DNA of 64,000 nt, taken from positions 2,450,567 to 2,514,566 of the forward strand of contig OZ243981.1 in the NCBI GenBank assembly GCA_965214825.1. The letters run 5' to 3'. Every line of letters begins with the position of its first letter. Positions within the stretch are counted from its first letter, which is position 1. A program made the position numbers and the translations under genes. Below the pieces are notes generated by a model, which was given only the letters and a program-made list of their open reading frames with translations, was not told where the DNA came from and did not search any database. Source of the stretch: an uncultured Pedosphaera sp. (GTDB lineage: Bacteria > Verrucomicrobiota > Verrucomicrobiia > Limisphaerales > AAA164-E04). Shown here in pieces: positions 53,607 through 62,339 of this stretch.

Positions 53607-54437
53607 TCATTGGTTTTTGGATTGGGGTAAAAGTTGCCGGTAGGCGGTGATGGCGCTTTTGGCGGCGGTTTCCGAGTCAGGCAGGGGAAAGCATTCGGCT
53701 GAAACGAAGCGGTCGTAGCCCGAATCCGTTAAGGCTTTGGCAATGGCGCCCAAGTCAAGATGCCCCATGCCGGGCGCCCGGCGGTTGGAATCGACGAAAT
53801 GAACATGAGCGATCCAATCTTTGCCGGCAGCGATAGCGTCGACAGGATTTTCCTCTTCGACGCTCATATGGAAAATATCGGCAAGGAGTCGAACGTGTTG
53901 AGTGGTCAAGGATTGGCAGAGGGCAATGCCTTGTTCAACCGTGTTGCAGAGGTCGGTTTCGTAGCGGTTCAATGGCTCGTAAAGAAGCGGAAGCCCTTCG
54001 CTGCCGGCCAGATCACCCAGCTTGTTTAGGGCGTTTCGAAGCCAATGGAGAGTTTGTTTTCGGGAAACGCCGCCGCCCCAGCGCCCTTGCATGGAACCGA
54101 TAATGGCTGGCGCGCCGAATTGGGCGCCGTAACGGATCATGTCCCGGATGAAGTCTTTGGCGAGTTTGCGTTTTTCGAGGTCGGGATCGCAGAGGCTGAG
54201 TTGATGCACCAACATACCGGCGCCCGTGCCCACTGCGGCCAGCTTGAGATCGTGAGCATCCAGCAAGGTTTTCAACGTCTTGACAGGCACTTCGTTCGGC
54301 GCCGAGGCAAAAAGTTCAATGGCGTCGAATCCGAGAGACGCCGCCGTGCGGCAACACTTTTCAATTCCTCCCCAAAGGACGAAGGGCCCCCCGCGAGCTT
54401 GTTCTACCAGACTGACGGTGACGGCTGTTTGGATCAT
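53607..54437 (-). CDS. Sugar phosphate isomerase/epimerase (TIM barrel)
   Basis: 276-aa ORF with a xylose-isomerase-like TIM pattern (IELF..., LYEPLNRYE, HVHFVDSNR). Confidence 0.8.
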   Translation of the reverse strand: MIQTAVTVSLVEQARGGPFVLWGGIEKCCRTAASLGFDAIELFASAPNEVPVKTLKTLLDAHDLKLAAVGTGAGMLVHQLSLCDPDLEKRKLAKDFIRDMIRYGAQFGAPAIIGSMQGRWGGGVSRKQTLHWLRNALNKLGDLAGSEGLPLLYEPLNRYETDLCNTVEQGIALCQSLTTQHVRLLADIFHMSVEEENPVDAIAAGKDWIAHVHFVDSNRRAPGMGHLDLGAIAKALTDSGYDRFVSAECFPLPDSETAAKSAITAYRQLLPQSKNQ

Positions 54438-54463
54438 ATCGGCAAATAGGAATGCAAAGCGGT

Positions 54464-55396
54464 TTAATTGTTTTCGTGAAGCCCTTCTATATGTCCAATA
54501 TTCTTCACAGGCGCGAAGACGGCTTGCACCTCTTTCAGCAATTCGTCGTCCATCGGCATCTCAGCCCATCGCGCCCATTTGCGGATGTTCTCCGGATTCG
54601 CGCTGCCGGCAATAGTAGTGGCCAAGCCGGGATGTGCAATAGAAAATTGCAACGCCAACTGCGCGATATCGACCTCGCGTTCGGCACAAAGCGCAGCGGC
54701 CTTGCGAGCGGCAGCCTTGACCTCCTCCGGTTCCTTCAGCCAGGCAGGCAGCAGCGCATTCGTCAGCAAACGCGCACTAAAAGGCCCCGCATTCATCGCG
54801 CCCACACCCCTCGCCTGCAGCCAAGGGAGTGTCTCCTCAAGAAAGCGCGTATTTTGCAAAGTGCATTGATTGTAACTCAGCACGCAATCCACCTCAATCT
54901 GCTCAATCACAAACTTGAATATCTTCTGCGGATAGCCACTGAAACCGAGATAGCGAACTTTCCCCTGATCTCGAATCTTCCGCATCGCCGGCAGCGTTTC
55001 ATCAACAATCTGCTGCATCGGGACAAACTCAATATCGTGGCAAAGCACAATGTCGAGATAATCCACCCCAAGCCGATGCAAACTCACATCAATGCTCTCT
55101 GCAACCCGTTTAGCGGAAAAATCAAAATGCGCGAGATCGTAGCGGCCCAGCTTGGTGCAAAGCGTGTAACCATCGCGCGACACATCCCGCAAAGCAATGC
55201 CGAGCAACACCTCACTCATCCCTCGCCCGTAAAAGGGCGACGTGTCGATCAAATCTATCCCCAAATCCAGTGCCGTCCGCACACTGGCCAACGCCTCATC
55301 CAGCTTCACCGAGCGAAACTCCTGCCCCAACGACGAGGCACCAAAGCCAACCGCCGGCAAACACAAATCCGTCTTGCCCAACTTGCGATGTTCCAT
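54464..55396 (-). CDS. Aldo/keto reductase
   Basis: MEHRKLGKTDLCLPAVGFGASSLG, IDTSPFYG and other AKR patterns. Confidence 0.9.
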   Translation of the reverse strand: MEHRKLGKTDLCLPAVGFGASSLGQEFRSVKLDEALASVRTALDLGIDLIDTSPFYGRGMSEVLLGIALRDVSRDGYTLCTKLGRYDLAHFDFSAKRVAESIDVSLHRLGVDYLDIVLCHDIEFVPMQQIVDETLPAMRKIRDQGKVRYLGFSGYPQKIFKFVIEQIEVDCVLSYNQCTLQNTRFLEETLPWLQARGVGAMNAGPFSARLLTNALLPAWLKEPEEVKAAARKAAALCAEREVDIAQLALQFSIAHPGLATTIAGSANPENIRKWARWAEMPMDDELLKEVQAVFAPVKNIGHIEGLHENN

Positions 55397-55431
55397 AAAC
55401 CGCGCTTGCCCGCCAGCCTACCGCCAACAAC

Positions 55432-55464
55432 AAAAAAGGCCAGCCCCCGAAAAAAGGACTGGCC
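55432..55464 (-). terminator. Rho-independent terminator (minus strand)
   Basis: On the minus strand: GGCCAGTCC, loop, GGGCTGGCC stem (one G-U pair), followed by TTTTTT. It lies about 100 nt downstream of the small ORFs that end at 55570. Confidence 0.55.
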
Positions 55465-55569
55465 GATGGAAATGCCGGACGATTGAATGCTATTCGGCGG
55501 TATCCGCGCCGTCTTGCCGAAGCTGCTGCTCCACCTTCCGCCGAGCTTCGGATTTTCACCTCATCTCCC

Positions 55570-56008
55570 TTAAAATGTCCAACTCCTCACGAAGGAATCT
55601 TCACGGGTTTGCCCGAGGAGAGGGAAGTCATCGGGGAGCGTTGCCACGTGGTGTCGAGCGCTGGCCACCTCTATTTCCCAGTCGGTGATTTGGCCATTGT
55701 GGTGTAACTCCGCCACCGGATTTAGTTCCCTCTCTGCTGCTATCAGCGCCTGCCCCTCCCGGATCACGACCATGCAAATATTCAAGCCAACGATTACCAC
55801 TGATCTGAGACTGAACTTCGTCTTGAATCAATCTCCAGTCCCGGCCGTATTTTAGATCTGAATATTCAAGATTACGCTCATCCACAATGCTGTTTGCTGG
55901 TTTCGGATTCCTTTTCGGGAATACTCGATGCCCGTCAGCGACTTGCTTCCATTCAGAACGTTTCCTGTCGGCAATCTGTTTCGAGTTCACATTGCGGTTG
56001 TTTTCCAT
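55570..56008 (-). CDS. Small hypothetical gene, apparently split between two frames (55628..56008 and 55570..55800)
   Basis: The first frame looks protein-like up to ...SGNRWLEYLHG and then turns G/R/P-rich. The second frame reads VVIREGQALIAAERELNPVAELHHNGQITDWEIEVASARHH.... No family assigned with confidence. Confidence 0.35.
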
Positions 56009-56112
56009 TGACGTTTCGACTCATTCAGCTTTGGCAAGTATTCGGCTGCAATAGCGCGAACCACCGCCCAATCTGCTTTCGGAGCTCGTTTGGCGACGGC
56101 GGATAGTGGGTT

Positions 56113-57549
56113 TTAGGCGAGGATTTGATGGGCAACTTTGCCGTAGACGTCGGTGAGACGGAAGTGGCGGCCAGCGTAGCGAAAGGTGAGTTTTTCGTGG
56201 TCGAGGCCGAGGAGGTGGAGGATGGTGGCGTGGAGATCGTGCATATGGAGTTTATTTTCGACGGCCATGTAGCCCCATTCGTCAGTAGCGCCGTAGGCGA
56301 TGCCAGGGCGGACGCCGCCACCGGCCAGCCAGACGGTGAATCCGTGGGGGTTGTGGTCGCGTCCGTTGTTGTTTTGGGAGAAAGGAGTGCGGCCGAATTC
56401 ACCGCCCCACCAGACGAGAGTGTCTTGGAGGAGGCCGCGGATTTTGAGATCTTGAAGGAGGCCGGCGATGGGTTTGTCGACGGCTTTGGCATGTTTGGCG
56501 TGTTGGGGCATGGTAGTGTGTTGGTCCCATCGCGGGTTGCCGCCGTGGTTGTCACTGTAGTTAACTTGGATGTAGCGCACGCCGGATTCGGCTAGGCGCC
56601 GGGCCATGAGGCATTGTTGCCCGAAGGCGTCGGTTTCTTTTTCGCCGATGCCGTAGAGGGCTTTGACAGCAGCAGATTCGCTGGAGATGTCGGTGAGTTG
56701 AGGGGCGCGGCTTTGCATGCGGTAGGCGAGTTCGAAGGCGTTGATGGAGGCTTCGACGGCGTCTTCTTTCGGGGAAGTTTGGGCTTGGTGGCGGTTGAGG
56801 TTTTGCAGCAGACGGAATTGCCGGCGTTGCGCGGCCGGGGAAAGGCGCGAGTTAGCGATGTGGGCGATGCGGACGTCTTGGATGGGTTGTTCGGCTTTGC
56901 CGATGGCAGTTCCCTGATGGATGGCGGGGAGAAAGGCGTTGCCGTAGTTTTGCGGGCCGCCCATGCGTTCAGTAGGCATGATGGTAACGAAGGCCGGCAT
57001 GTTTTCGTTTTCGCTGCCCAACCCATAGCTGATCCAACTGCCGACAGAAGGGCGCACCAAGTTAACCGATCCGGTGTGCAGGAAGAGGGTGGCCGGGCCA
57101 TGGGCGATGCCTTCGGTGTGTATCCCGTGGAGAAAGCAGAGGTCGTCAACGTGTTTGGCGGTTTCGGGGAAGAGAGCAGAGACGGGACGGCCGCATTGCC
57201 CATAGCGTTGAAAGTCCCACAGCGGTTTCATCATGGTGCGCTGGGTCATCTTGCGGAAATCGTCGAAGCGATAACCGAGGATGTCCACCTTGCGTTGATG
57301 GTTTTTCACCAGCTGGGATTTATAGTCGAAGGTGTCCACGTGGCTGGGGCCGCCTTGCATGAAGAGGAAGATGACCCGTTTGGCGCGGGGGGCGAAGTGC
57401 GAGGCTTGAGCTTTCAGCGGATTGGCTGAGAGTCCGAAAGCGTCACGGCAAAGCCCTGCCAAAGCAATGGATGCAAAACCGCAAGCCGTGCGGCAAAGCA
57501 TAGCGCGGCGGGTCATTAAGAATTTATCTGTTCGTTGTTTTGTATTCAT
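56113..57549 (-). CDS. DUF1501-family protein (intact)
   Basis: Tat-like leader, RVIFLFMQGGPSHVDTFDYK, GRDHNPHGFTVWLAGGG. Confidence 0.9.
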   Translation of the reverse strand: MNTKQRTDKFLMTRRAMLCRTACGFASIALAGLCRDAFGLSANPLKAQASHFAPRAKRVIFLFMQGGPSHVDTFDYKSQLVKNHQRKVDILGYRFDDFRKMTQRTMMKPLWDFQRYGQCGRPVSALFPETAKHVDDLCFLHGIHTEGIAHGPATLFLHTGSVNLVRPSVGSWISYGLGSENENMPAFVTIMPTERMGGPQNYGNAFLPAIHQGTAIGKAEQPIQDVRIAHIANSRLSPAAQRRQFRLLQNLNRHQAQTSPKEDAVEASINAFELAYRMQSRAPQLTDISSESAAVKALYGIGEKETDAFGQQCLMARRLAESGVRYIQVNYSDNHGGNPRWDQHTTMPQHAKHAKAVDKPIAGLLQDLKIRGLLQDTLVWWGGEFGRTPFSQNNNGRDHNPHGFTVWLAGGGVRPGIAYGATDEWGYMAVENKLHMHDLHATILHLLGLDHEKLTFRYAGRHFRLTDVYGKVAHQILA

Positions 57550-57673
57550 ATTTCCAACCTTGTTTTAGGAATTAAAATGACCAAAGCCTCCCTTGACAGC
57601 TTGGAGTTTAGTTATTGTCTGCTTTTATCCGCTTTTCGATTTTTTCGCTCAACTCTTGCGCTTTGTCAAGGTT

Positions 57674-60088
57674 TTATTTCAAAAATCGGAAGTCCACGGA
57701 AGCAAAAAGTGAGTGGAACAGGTGGCGCCATGCGGCGGCGGGTTTGGCATTGGCGAGTGATTGGCGGATAAAGTCGAACGCCGCCGCCCGTTCCGATTCA
57801 CCCGGAAGCCGGGACAGCGTCTGGAGCCAGGCTAGATCGATGAGCCGGTTTGCGTCGGCTTCCGAGTGTTCGCGGAGCAGACGCTGCGCCGCTTTTCCGG
57901 CCTCTTCCATGACAAAGTCGCTGTTTAGAAGGTAGAGCGCTTGGGTGGGGAAAGTGCTTCGGTTGCGTTTGCCGACGGGGAAGCTGGGGTTTGCAAAGTC
58001 GAAGGCTTGGAGGAGAGGGTTCAGTCCTTCTTCTCGCAGAACGGGAATATAAATGCTGCGGAGGGGCGGATTGAGGAGGGTGGGAATGTCCAGGGCGGCT
58101 TTTTGCAGGGCTTGGTCGTTTCGCGCTGTTTCGGGAAACAGGCATTCCGCTCGGCAATGGGTCAGGGTTCCTGAAACGGAGAGAATGGTGTCTCGAAGGG
58201 CTTCGGCTGTGAGGCGGCGGCGGGGCATTCGCCAGCGGAGCCGGTTTTCTGCGTCGATGGTGGCGGCGGCAGGATTCTCTGCGCAACCGGTTTGGTAGGT
58301 TTGGGACAAGACCATTTGGCGGATTAAATGTTTGCTCGACCAGCCTTCTTGGACGAATTGAACTGCCAGGTAATCCAGCAGTTTCGGATGTGAGGGCAGT
58401 TCTCCCTGGGCGCCGAAGTTATCGACGGTGGCGACGATTCCGGTTCCGAAGAGGTGGTGCCAAACGCGGTTGACCCAAACGCGGGCGATTAGCGGATGTT
58501 CCGGGGCACTGAGCCATTCGGCCAGTTCTCGGCGGCCGCTTTGTCCCGGCGGGATGTTGGGCGCGGCGGTGGTATCGGCCGTCATCACCCGGAGGAAACC
58601 GCGCGGCACTTTTTCGCCCAGTTGGTGAACGTTGCCGCGAATGCAGAGGTGCCAGTCTCCGGCTTCGGTTTCGTCCGCAACACCGAGGGTTTGCGGGGCG
58701 GGCGCTGGCGCTTTTTTGAGCAATTCTCCCAGCGATGCTTTCAAATCGGCCAAGTGCTTTTGGGCGGCTTCATTTTGCGATGATTTTTTAGCAGCTTGGA
58801 TTTTGGATTCGAGCGCCTTTTTCGATTGGGCGTAGTGGGCGAGAGCTTTCCGGTGTGTTTCAGAGGTGGGCAAGTTTCTGTGAGTCAAGGTGGAGACGTT
58901 GCTGCGTTTGAGCGTCCGCGTGCTGCGAAAGATTCCAGCCAAGGCATAGTAGTCTTTGGCCGGAATCGGGTCGAATTTGTGGTCGTGACAGCGGGCGCAA
59001 CTGACGGTCATCGCCAGAAACACCCGGCTGACGGCATCAATCTGCTCATCCACCGCGTTCATCCGCAGCAGCTCCTTGTCCTGGAGGTCGAGGTTTTTGG
59101 GGCCGAGGACGAGAAAGGCGGTGGCGGTCAATTGTTGCGCTCGCTGCACGTCGTTGCTGGCTGGGAGGAGGTCGCCGGCAATCTGCTCGCGCACGAATTG
59201 ATCGTAGGGTTTGTCGCTGTTGAAGGCGTTGATCACATAGTTGCGGTAACGCCAGGCATTCGGCAGAAGCGCACTGCGGCCACCGCCGGTCGATTCCGAA
59301 TAACGGGCGAGGTCGAGCCAATGCCGTCCCCAAGTTTCGCCGAAGTGTTTCGAAGCCAGCAAACGATCCGCCAACGCGGAAATCCGGGTTTCGGCGGGAA
59401 GATTCTGCGCCTCCCGCAGTTGTTCGAGAGTCGGCGGCAACCCGGTCAAATCGAAGTAAAGCCGGCGGATGAGCGCCGCCTCGCCTGCCGGCGGGACGGG
59501 TTTGATTCCTGCTGCTCCGAGTCGGGCGAGAATGAAAAAATCAATGGCGTTTTTCGGCCAATGTCGGTTTTGCACAGCGGGAATTGCCGGCAGAACGGGC
59601 GGCCGAAATGCCCAAAACTGCTTGCCTTGCTCCAGGTCAATGGCTGAGGAAGAGGTAGGCGCGGTGCCGTCGCGCGGGTCAGGTGCTCCAGCGCGAACCC
59701 AATTTTCGAGCGTTTGGATTTGTTCAGCGGCAAGGCGGCCATCCGGCGGCATTTCAAGATCAGGATTCGTGTAGCGAACTGCCCGAACCAGCAAACTGGC
59801 TTCGGCATCTCCGGGAACGATTGCCGGGCCGGAATCCCCACCGCTCTGCCAACCTTGGCGGCTGTCCAGCAAAAGGCCGCCCTTGGATTTGCCCGAAGCG
59901 GTGGAATGGCATTCGTAACAATGCTCGACAAAAAGCGGCCGCACCTTCCGCTCGAAAAAATCAAAATCCACCCCGCCACAAACAGACACGGCGCCCCAAC
60001 TCAAAAATAATCCCCAGCCCCAAGCAAGACTCACAAACCTTCCGTTTGCAAATGCCCGAATGAACTTTACCGTCCAGTCCGTCTTCAT
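57674..60088 (-). CDS. PSCyt/DUF1549/DUF1553-type protein (planctomycete cytochrome c domain)
   Basis: CYECH near the N-terminus, then DUF1549- and DUF1553-like regions. It is the upstream partner of DUF1501. ATG 60088 is preferred; the track ORF extends to 60181. Confidence 0.85.
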   Translation of the reverse strand: MKTDWTVKFIRAFANGRFVSLAWGWGLFLSWGAVSVCGGVDFDFFERKVRPLFVEHCYECHSTASGKSKGGLLLDSRQGWQSGGDSGPAIVPGDAEASLLVRAVRYTNPDLEMPPDGRLAAEQIQTLENWVRAGAPDPRDGTAPTSSSAIDLEQGKQFWAFRPPVLPAIPAVQNRHWPKNAIDFFILARLGAAGIKPVPPAGEAALIRRLYFDLTGLPPTLEQLREAQNLPAETRISALADRLLASKHFGETWGRHWLDLARYSESTGGGRSALLPNAWRYRNYVINAFNSDKPYDQFVREQIAGDLLPASNDVQRAQQLTATAFLVLGPKNLDLQDKELLRMNAVDEQIDAVSRVFLAMTVSCARCHDHKFDPIPAKDYYALAGIFRSTRTLKRSNVSTLTHRNLPTSETHRKALAHYAQSKKALESKIQAAKKSSQNEAAQKHLADLKASLGELLKKAPAPAPQTLGVADETEAGDWHLCIRGNVHQLGEKVPRGFLRVMTADTTAAPNIPPGQSGRRELAEWLSAPEHPLIARVWVNRVWHHLFGTGIVATVDNFGAQGELPSHPKLLDYLAVQFVQEGWSSKHLIRQMVLSQTYQTGCAENPAAATIDAENRLRWRMPRRRLTAEALRDTILSVSGTLTHCRAECLFPETARNDQALQKAALDIPTLLNPPLRSIYIPVLREEGLNPLLQAFDFANPSFPVGKRNRSTFPTQALYLLNSDFVMEEAGKAAQRLLREHSEADANRLIDLAWLQTLSRLPGESERAAAFDFIRQSLANAKPAAAWRHLFHSLFASVDFRFLK

Positions 60089-60240
60089 TTCACCAGATGC
60101 ATCAACCGTTGCGCTCAAAAAAATTTTGGCTTTCACGCAAAATACAGCAAAGAGCTTGCTTGTCAACCATCCGCTGCGCAATAAGTATTTAGGGGCTTTG
60201 AAGCAAAATACTTGGCAACGGAACAGACTGTGTTAAATAT

Positions 60241-60277
60241 TTTGGCTAGGGGAATGAGTTTTGGCCAGGGGAATGAG
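60241..60277. promoter_or_regulatory. Tandem 18-nt direct repeat (period 19) upstream of the DUF1553-type gene
   Basis: TTTGGCTAGGGGAATGAG at 60241-60258 and TTTGGCCAGGGGAATGAG at 60260-60277, 17/18 identical. A regulatory role is inference. Confidence 0.45.
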
Positions 60278-60527
60278 GTTACTGGACGTGGAAAAAGCAG
60301 GATTGCCTGCTGGAGCGTCAATGTAGCCCATAGCTACTTATTCCGATCCGCTGACCACCAAAAACAACCCGCCGAAAGGATAGGTCGCCCGGTTTGCCGG
60401 CGTTCTTGACACTTTCAACCCCGCAAAAGTCCGGCGGTGGCAATGTGCGGTTCTGCCGGGCGTTTTGTGATCAAGATCTGCTTGTCTTTTGCGTTTGATT
60501 GGAGGGGAAAAATGGGCAGCGTTGGGT

Positions 60528-61142
60528 TCAGTGGGCGGCGTCGATGTCTTCGGGGCGGACGTCGAGGCATTCGTCTTGGTCTTCCCAGAGGATGGTGGGG
60601 AAGTGGTCGAGGAGGGGGGGGAGGATTTCGTTTGCGGCGGTGTGGAGGAGTTGTTCGGCGTTTTTGGCGGCGGTTTCGAATTGGTGGGAGTAGTCAGCGG
60701 CAGCTTTTTTTTGTCTTTCGCTCCAGTGGGCGACTTGGTGAGTTTTGTGATATTGTTTTGACCAGTTTTTTAGGGGGAGTTTTGTTTCATCGGGCAGGCG
60801 GGCGAAGGGAACGGCGGTTTCGCCGCAGTGTTCGCAGAGGAGGCCGGATTCGGCGATGTCGCGGCTGAAGAGGGGGAGGATGGGGGCGGCGCAGCAATCG
60901 AGGGCGCGGTAGCCGTGAGGGACGGCGATGAGTCGTTTTTGCCAGAGTTCACGGTCGTTGGCGGATTGGGAGGCCAGGCGGTAGGCGCCGAGCAGGGGAT
61001 GGGAGAGGCGCCAGATGCGGCCGCGGAGTTGCCCCAGGGTTTGTGCCATCCAGCGGCCCAGGGTGAAGTCGTCCAGGTCTTTGAAGAACTCGCCGTATTC
61101 GGCCCAGAGCCGGTCGGATGCGGAGGGAGAGTCGGGAACCAT
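60528..61142 (-). CDS. Hypothetical Cys-cluster protein downstream of hisC
   Basis: ORF with CC...CEHC cysteines. ATG 61142 avoids overlap with hisC. No family assigned. Confidence 0.5.
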   Translation of the reverse strand: MVPDSPSASDRLWAEYGEFFKDLDDFTLGRWMAQTLGQLRGRIWRLSHPLLGAYRLASQSANDRELWQKRLIAVPHGYRALDCCAAPILPLFSRDIAESGLLCEHCGETAVPFARLPDETKLPLKNWSKQYHKTHQVAHWSERQKKAAADYSHQFETAAKNAEQLLHTAANEILPPLLDHFPTILWEDQDECLDVRPEDIDAAH

Positions 61143-61173
61143 CAGGGGATGTTTAATGAAGGTTGGCGGAAGT

Positions 61174-62307
61174 TCAATGTTGGAGGCGGGATTGTTGCGA
61201 GTCGCGGAGTTTGCGCAGGGTTTTGCCAAGGATGCGGTTTTGTTCTGGGGTGCCGATGGTGATGCGGAGCCAGCAGTTGACGGGCGGGTTGGGGAACCAG
61301 CGGATGAGGATGCCTTGTTGCCGGAGTTGTTTGTGCCAGGCAGCGGCGGTTCCCGAATTGCGCGGGGGCGAGGTGAGGAGGAAGTTGGCGGTGCTGGGGA
61401 TGACGCGGAAGCCCAGTTGCGTCAGTGAGTGAGAGAGTTTGTCCCGTTCTCGCGCGATGGTTTGAAAGTTTTTGCGGTAGTGGGGGAGGTCGTCCAGCGC
61501 GGCAACGGCGGCGATTTGAGCTAGGCTGTTGACGTTATAACTGTCGCGGATTTTGTGCAGAGCGGCGATGAGCGGTTCGGGGCCGATGAAGTAGCCAATG
61601 CGCAGGCCACACAGTGAATAGGCTTTGGAGAAGGTGCGAGAAATGATGACGTGGTCGAATGCTGTGGCAAGAGACAGGGCGTTTTCTTCGGCAAAGTCGG
61701 CGTAGGTTTCGTCGAGGATGATCACGCCTTGCCCGGCGGCGCAGAGGCGGTGCAGTTTAGCGGTGCGGTAGGAGCGTCCGCTGGGGGCGTTGGGCGTGGT
61801 GATGAAGCTGAGGGCTGCGTCGGGCCGCCAGCCGGCATCTCGCAGTCGCGCCGGAGCGGGAATGTCGAAGGATGGGGTGAGTGGGACTGCGTTAGTTCGG
61901 GCGGCATGAATGGCGGCAAGCGCCGGATAGAGTGAGTAGCTGGGAGCGAAGTATTGAATGATTTGCCGGCCGGAAGGTTTTGGCGTTTTCCGCGCGGCGG
62001 GTTCGACGAAGGCTCGCGTGGCCAGGGCCAGGAGTTCGTCTGAACCGTTGCCGACGATGATTTGCTCGGCGGCGCATCCGTGAAAGGTGGCGAGTTTGCG
62101 CCGGAGCGGTTCGGCGGTCGGATGGGGGTAAAGGCGGAGTTGTTCGCCGGTGGCGCGGCGGATGGCGTTCAGCACTTGCGGAGAGGGATCGAAGGGATTT
62201 TCGTTGGTGTTTAGTTTGATGAACTGGGCGTCGGTGGGTTGCTCGCCGGGCGTATATGGCGTCAGGGAGCGGATGTGGGGGCGAATCAGGGAGGCGGGGG
62301 TGGGCAT
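61174..62307 (-). CDS. hisC: Histidinol-phosphate aminotransferase
   Basis: ATG 62307 (MPTPASLIRPHIRSLTPYTPGEQP), SRTFSKAYSLCGLRIGY PLP-lysine motif. The upstream 190 aa of the track ORF overlap hisD and are low-complexity. Confidence 0.9.
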   Translation of the reverse strand: MPTPASLIRPHIRSLTPYTPGEQPTDAQFIKLNTNENPFDPSPQVLNAIRRATGEQLRLYPHPTAEPLRRKLATFHGCAAEQIIVGNGSDELLALATRAFVEPAARKTPKPSGRQIIQYFAPSYSLYPALAAIHAARTNAVPLTPSFDIPAPARLRDAGWRPDAALSFITTPNAPSGRSYRTAKLHRLCAAGQGVIILDETYADFAEENALSLATAFDHVIISRTFSKAYSLCGLRIGYFIGPEPLIAALHKIRDSYNVNSLAQIAAVAALDDLPHYRKNFQTIARERDKLSHSLTQLGFRVIPSTANFLLTSPPRNSGTAAAWHKQLRQQGILIRWFPNPPVNCWLRITIGTPEQNRILGKTLRKLRDSQQSRLQH

Positions 62308-62339
62308 GGCGCGGGGTTTTGTTGGCGGCTGGGCGGGGT

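Noticed and set aside
60212-60409. 65-aa plus-strand ORF in the intergenic region containing the direct repeat.
   Set aside because: No start context or family similarity. It overlaps the repeat that is more simply explained as a regulatory element.
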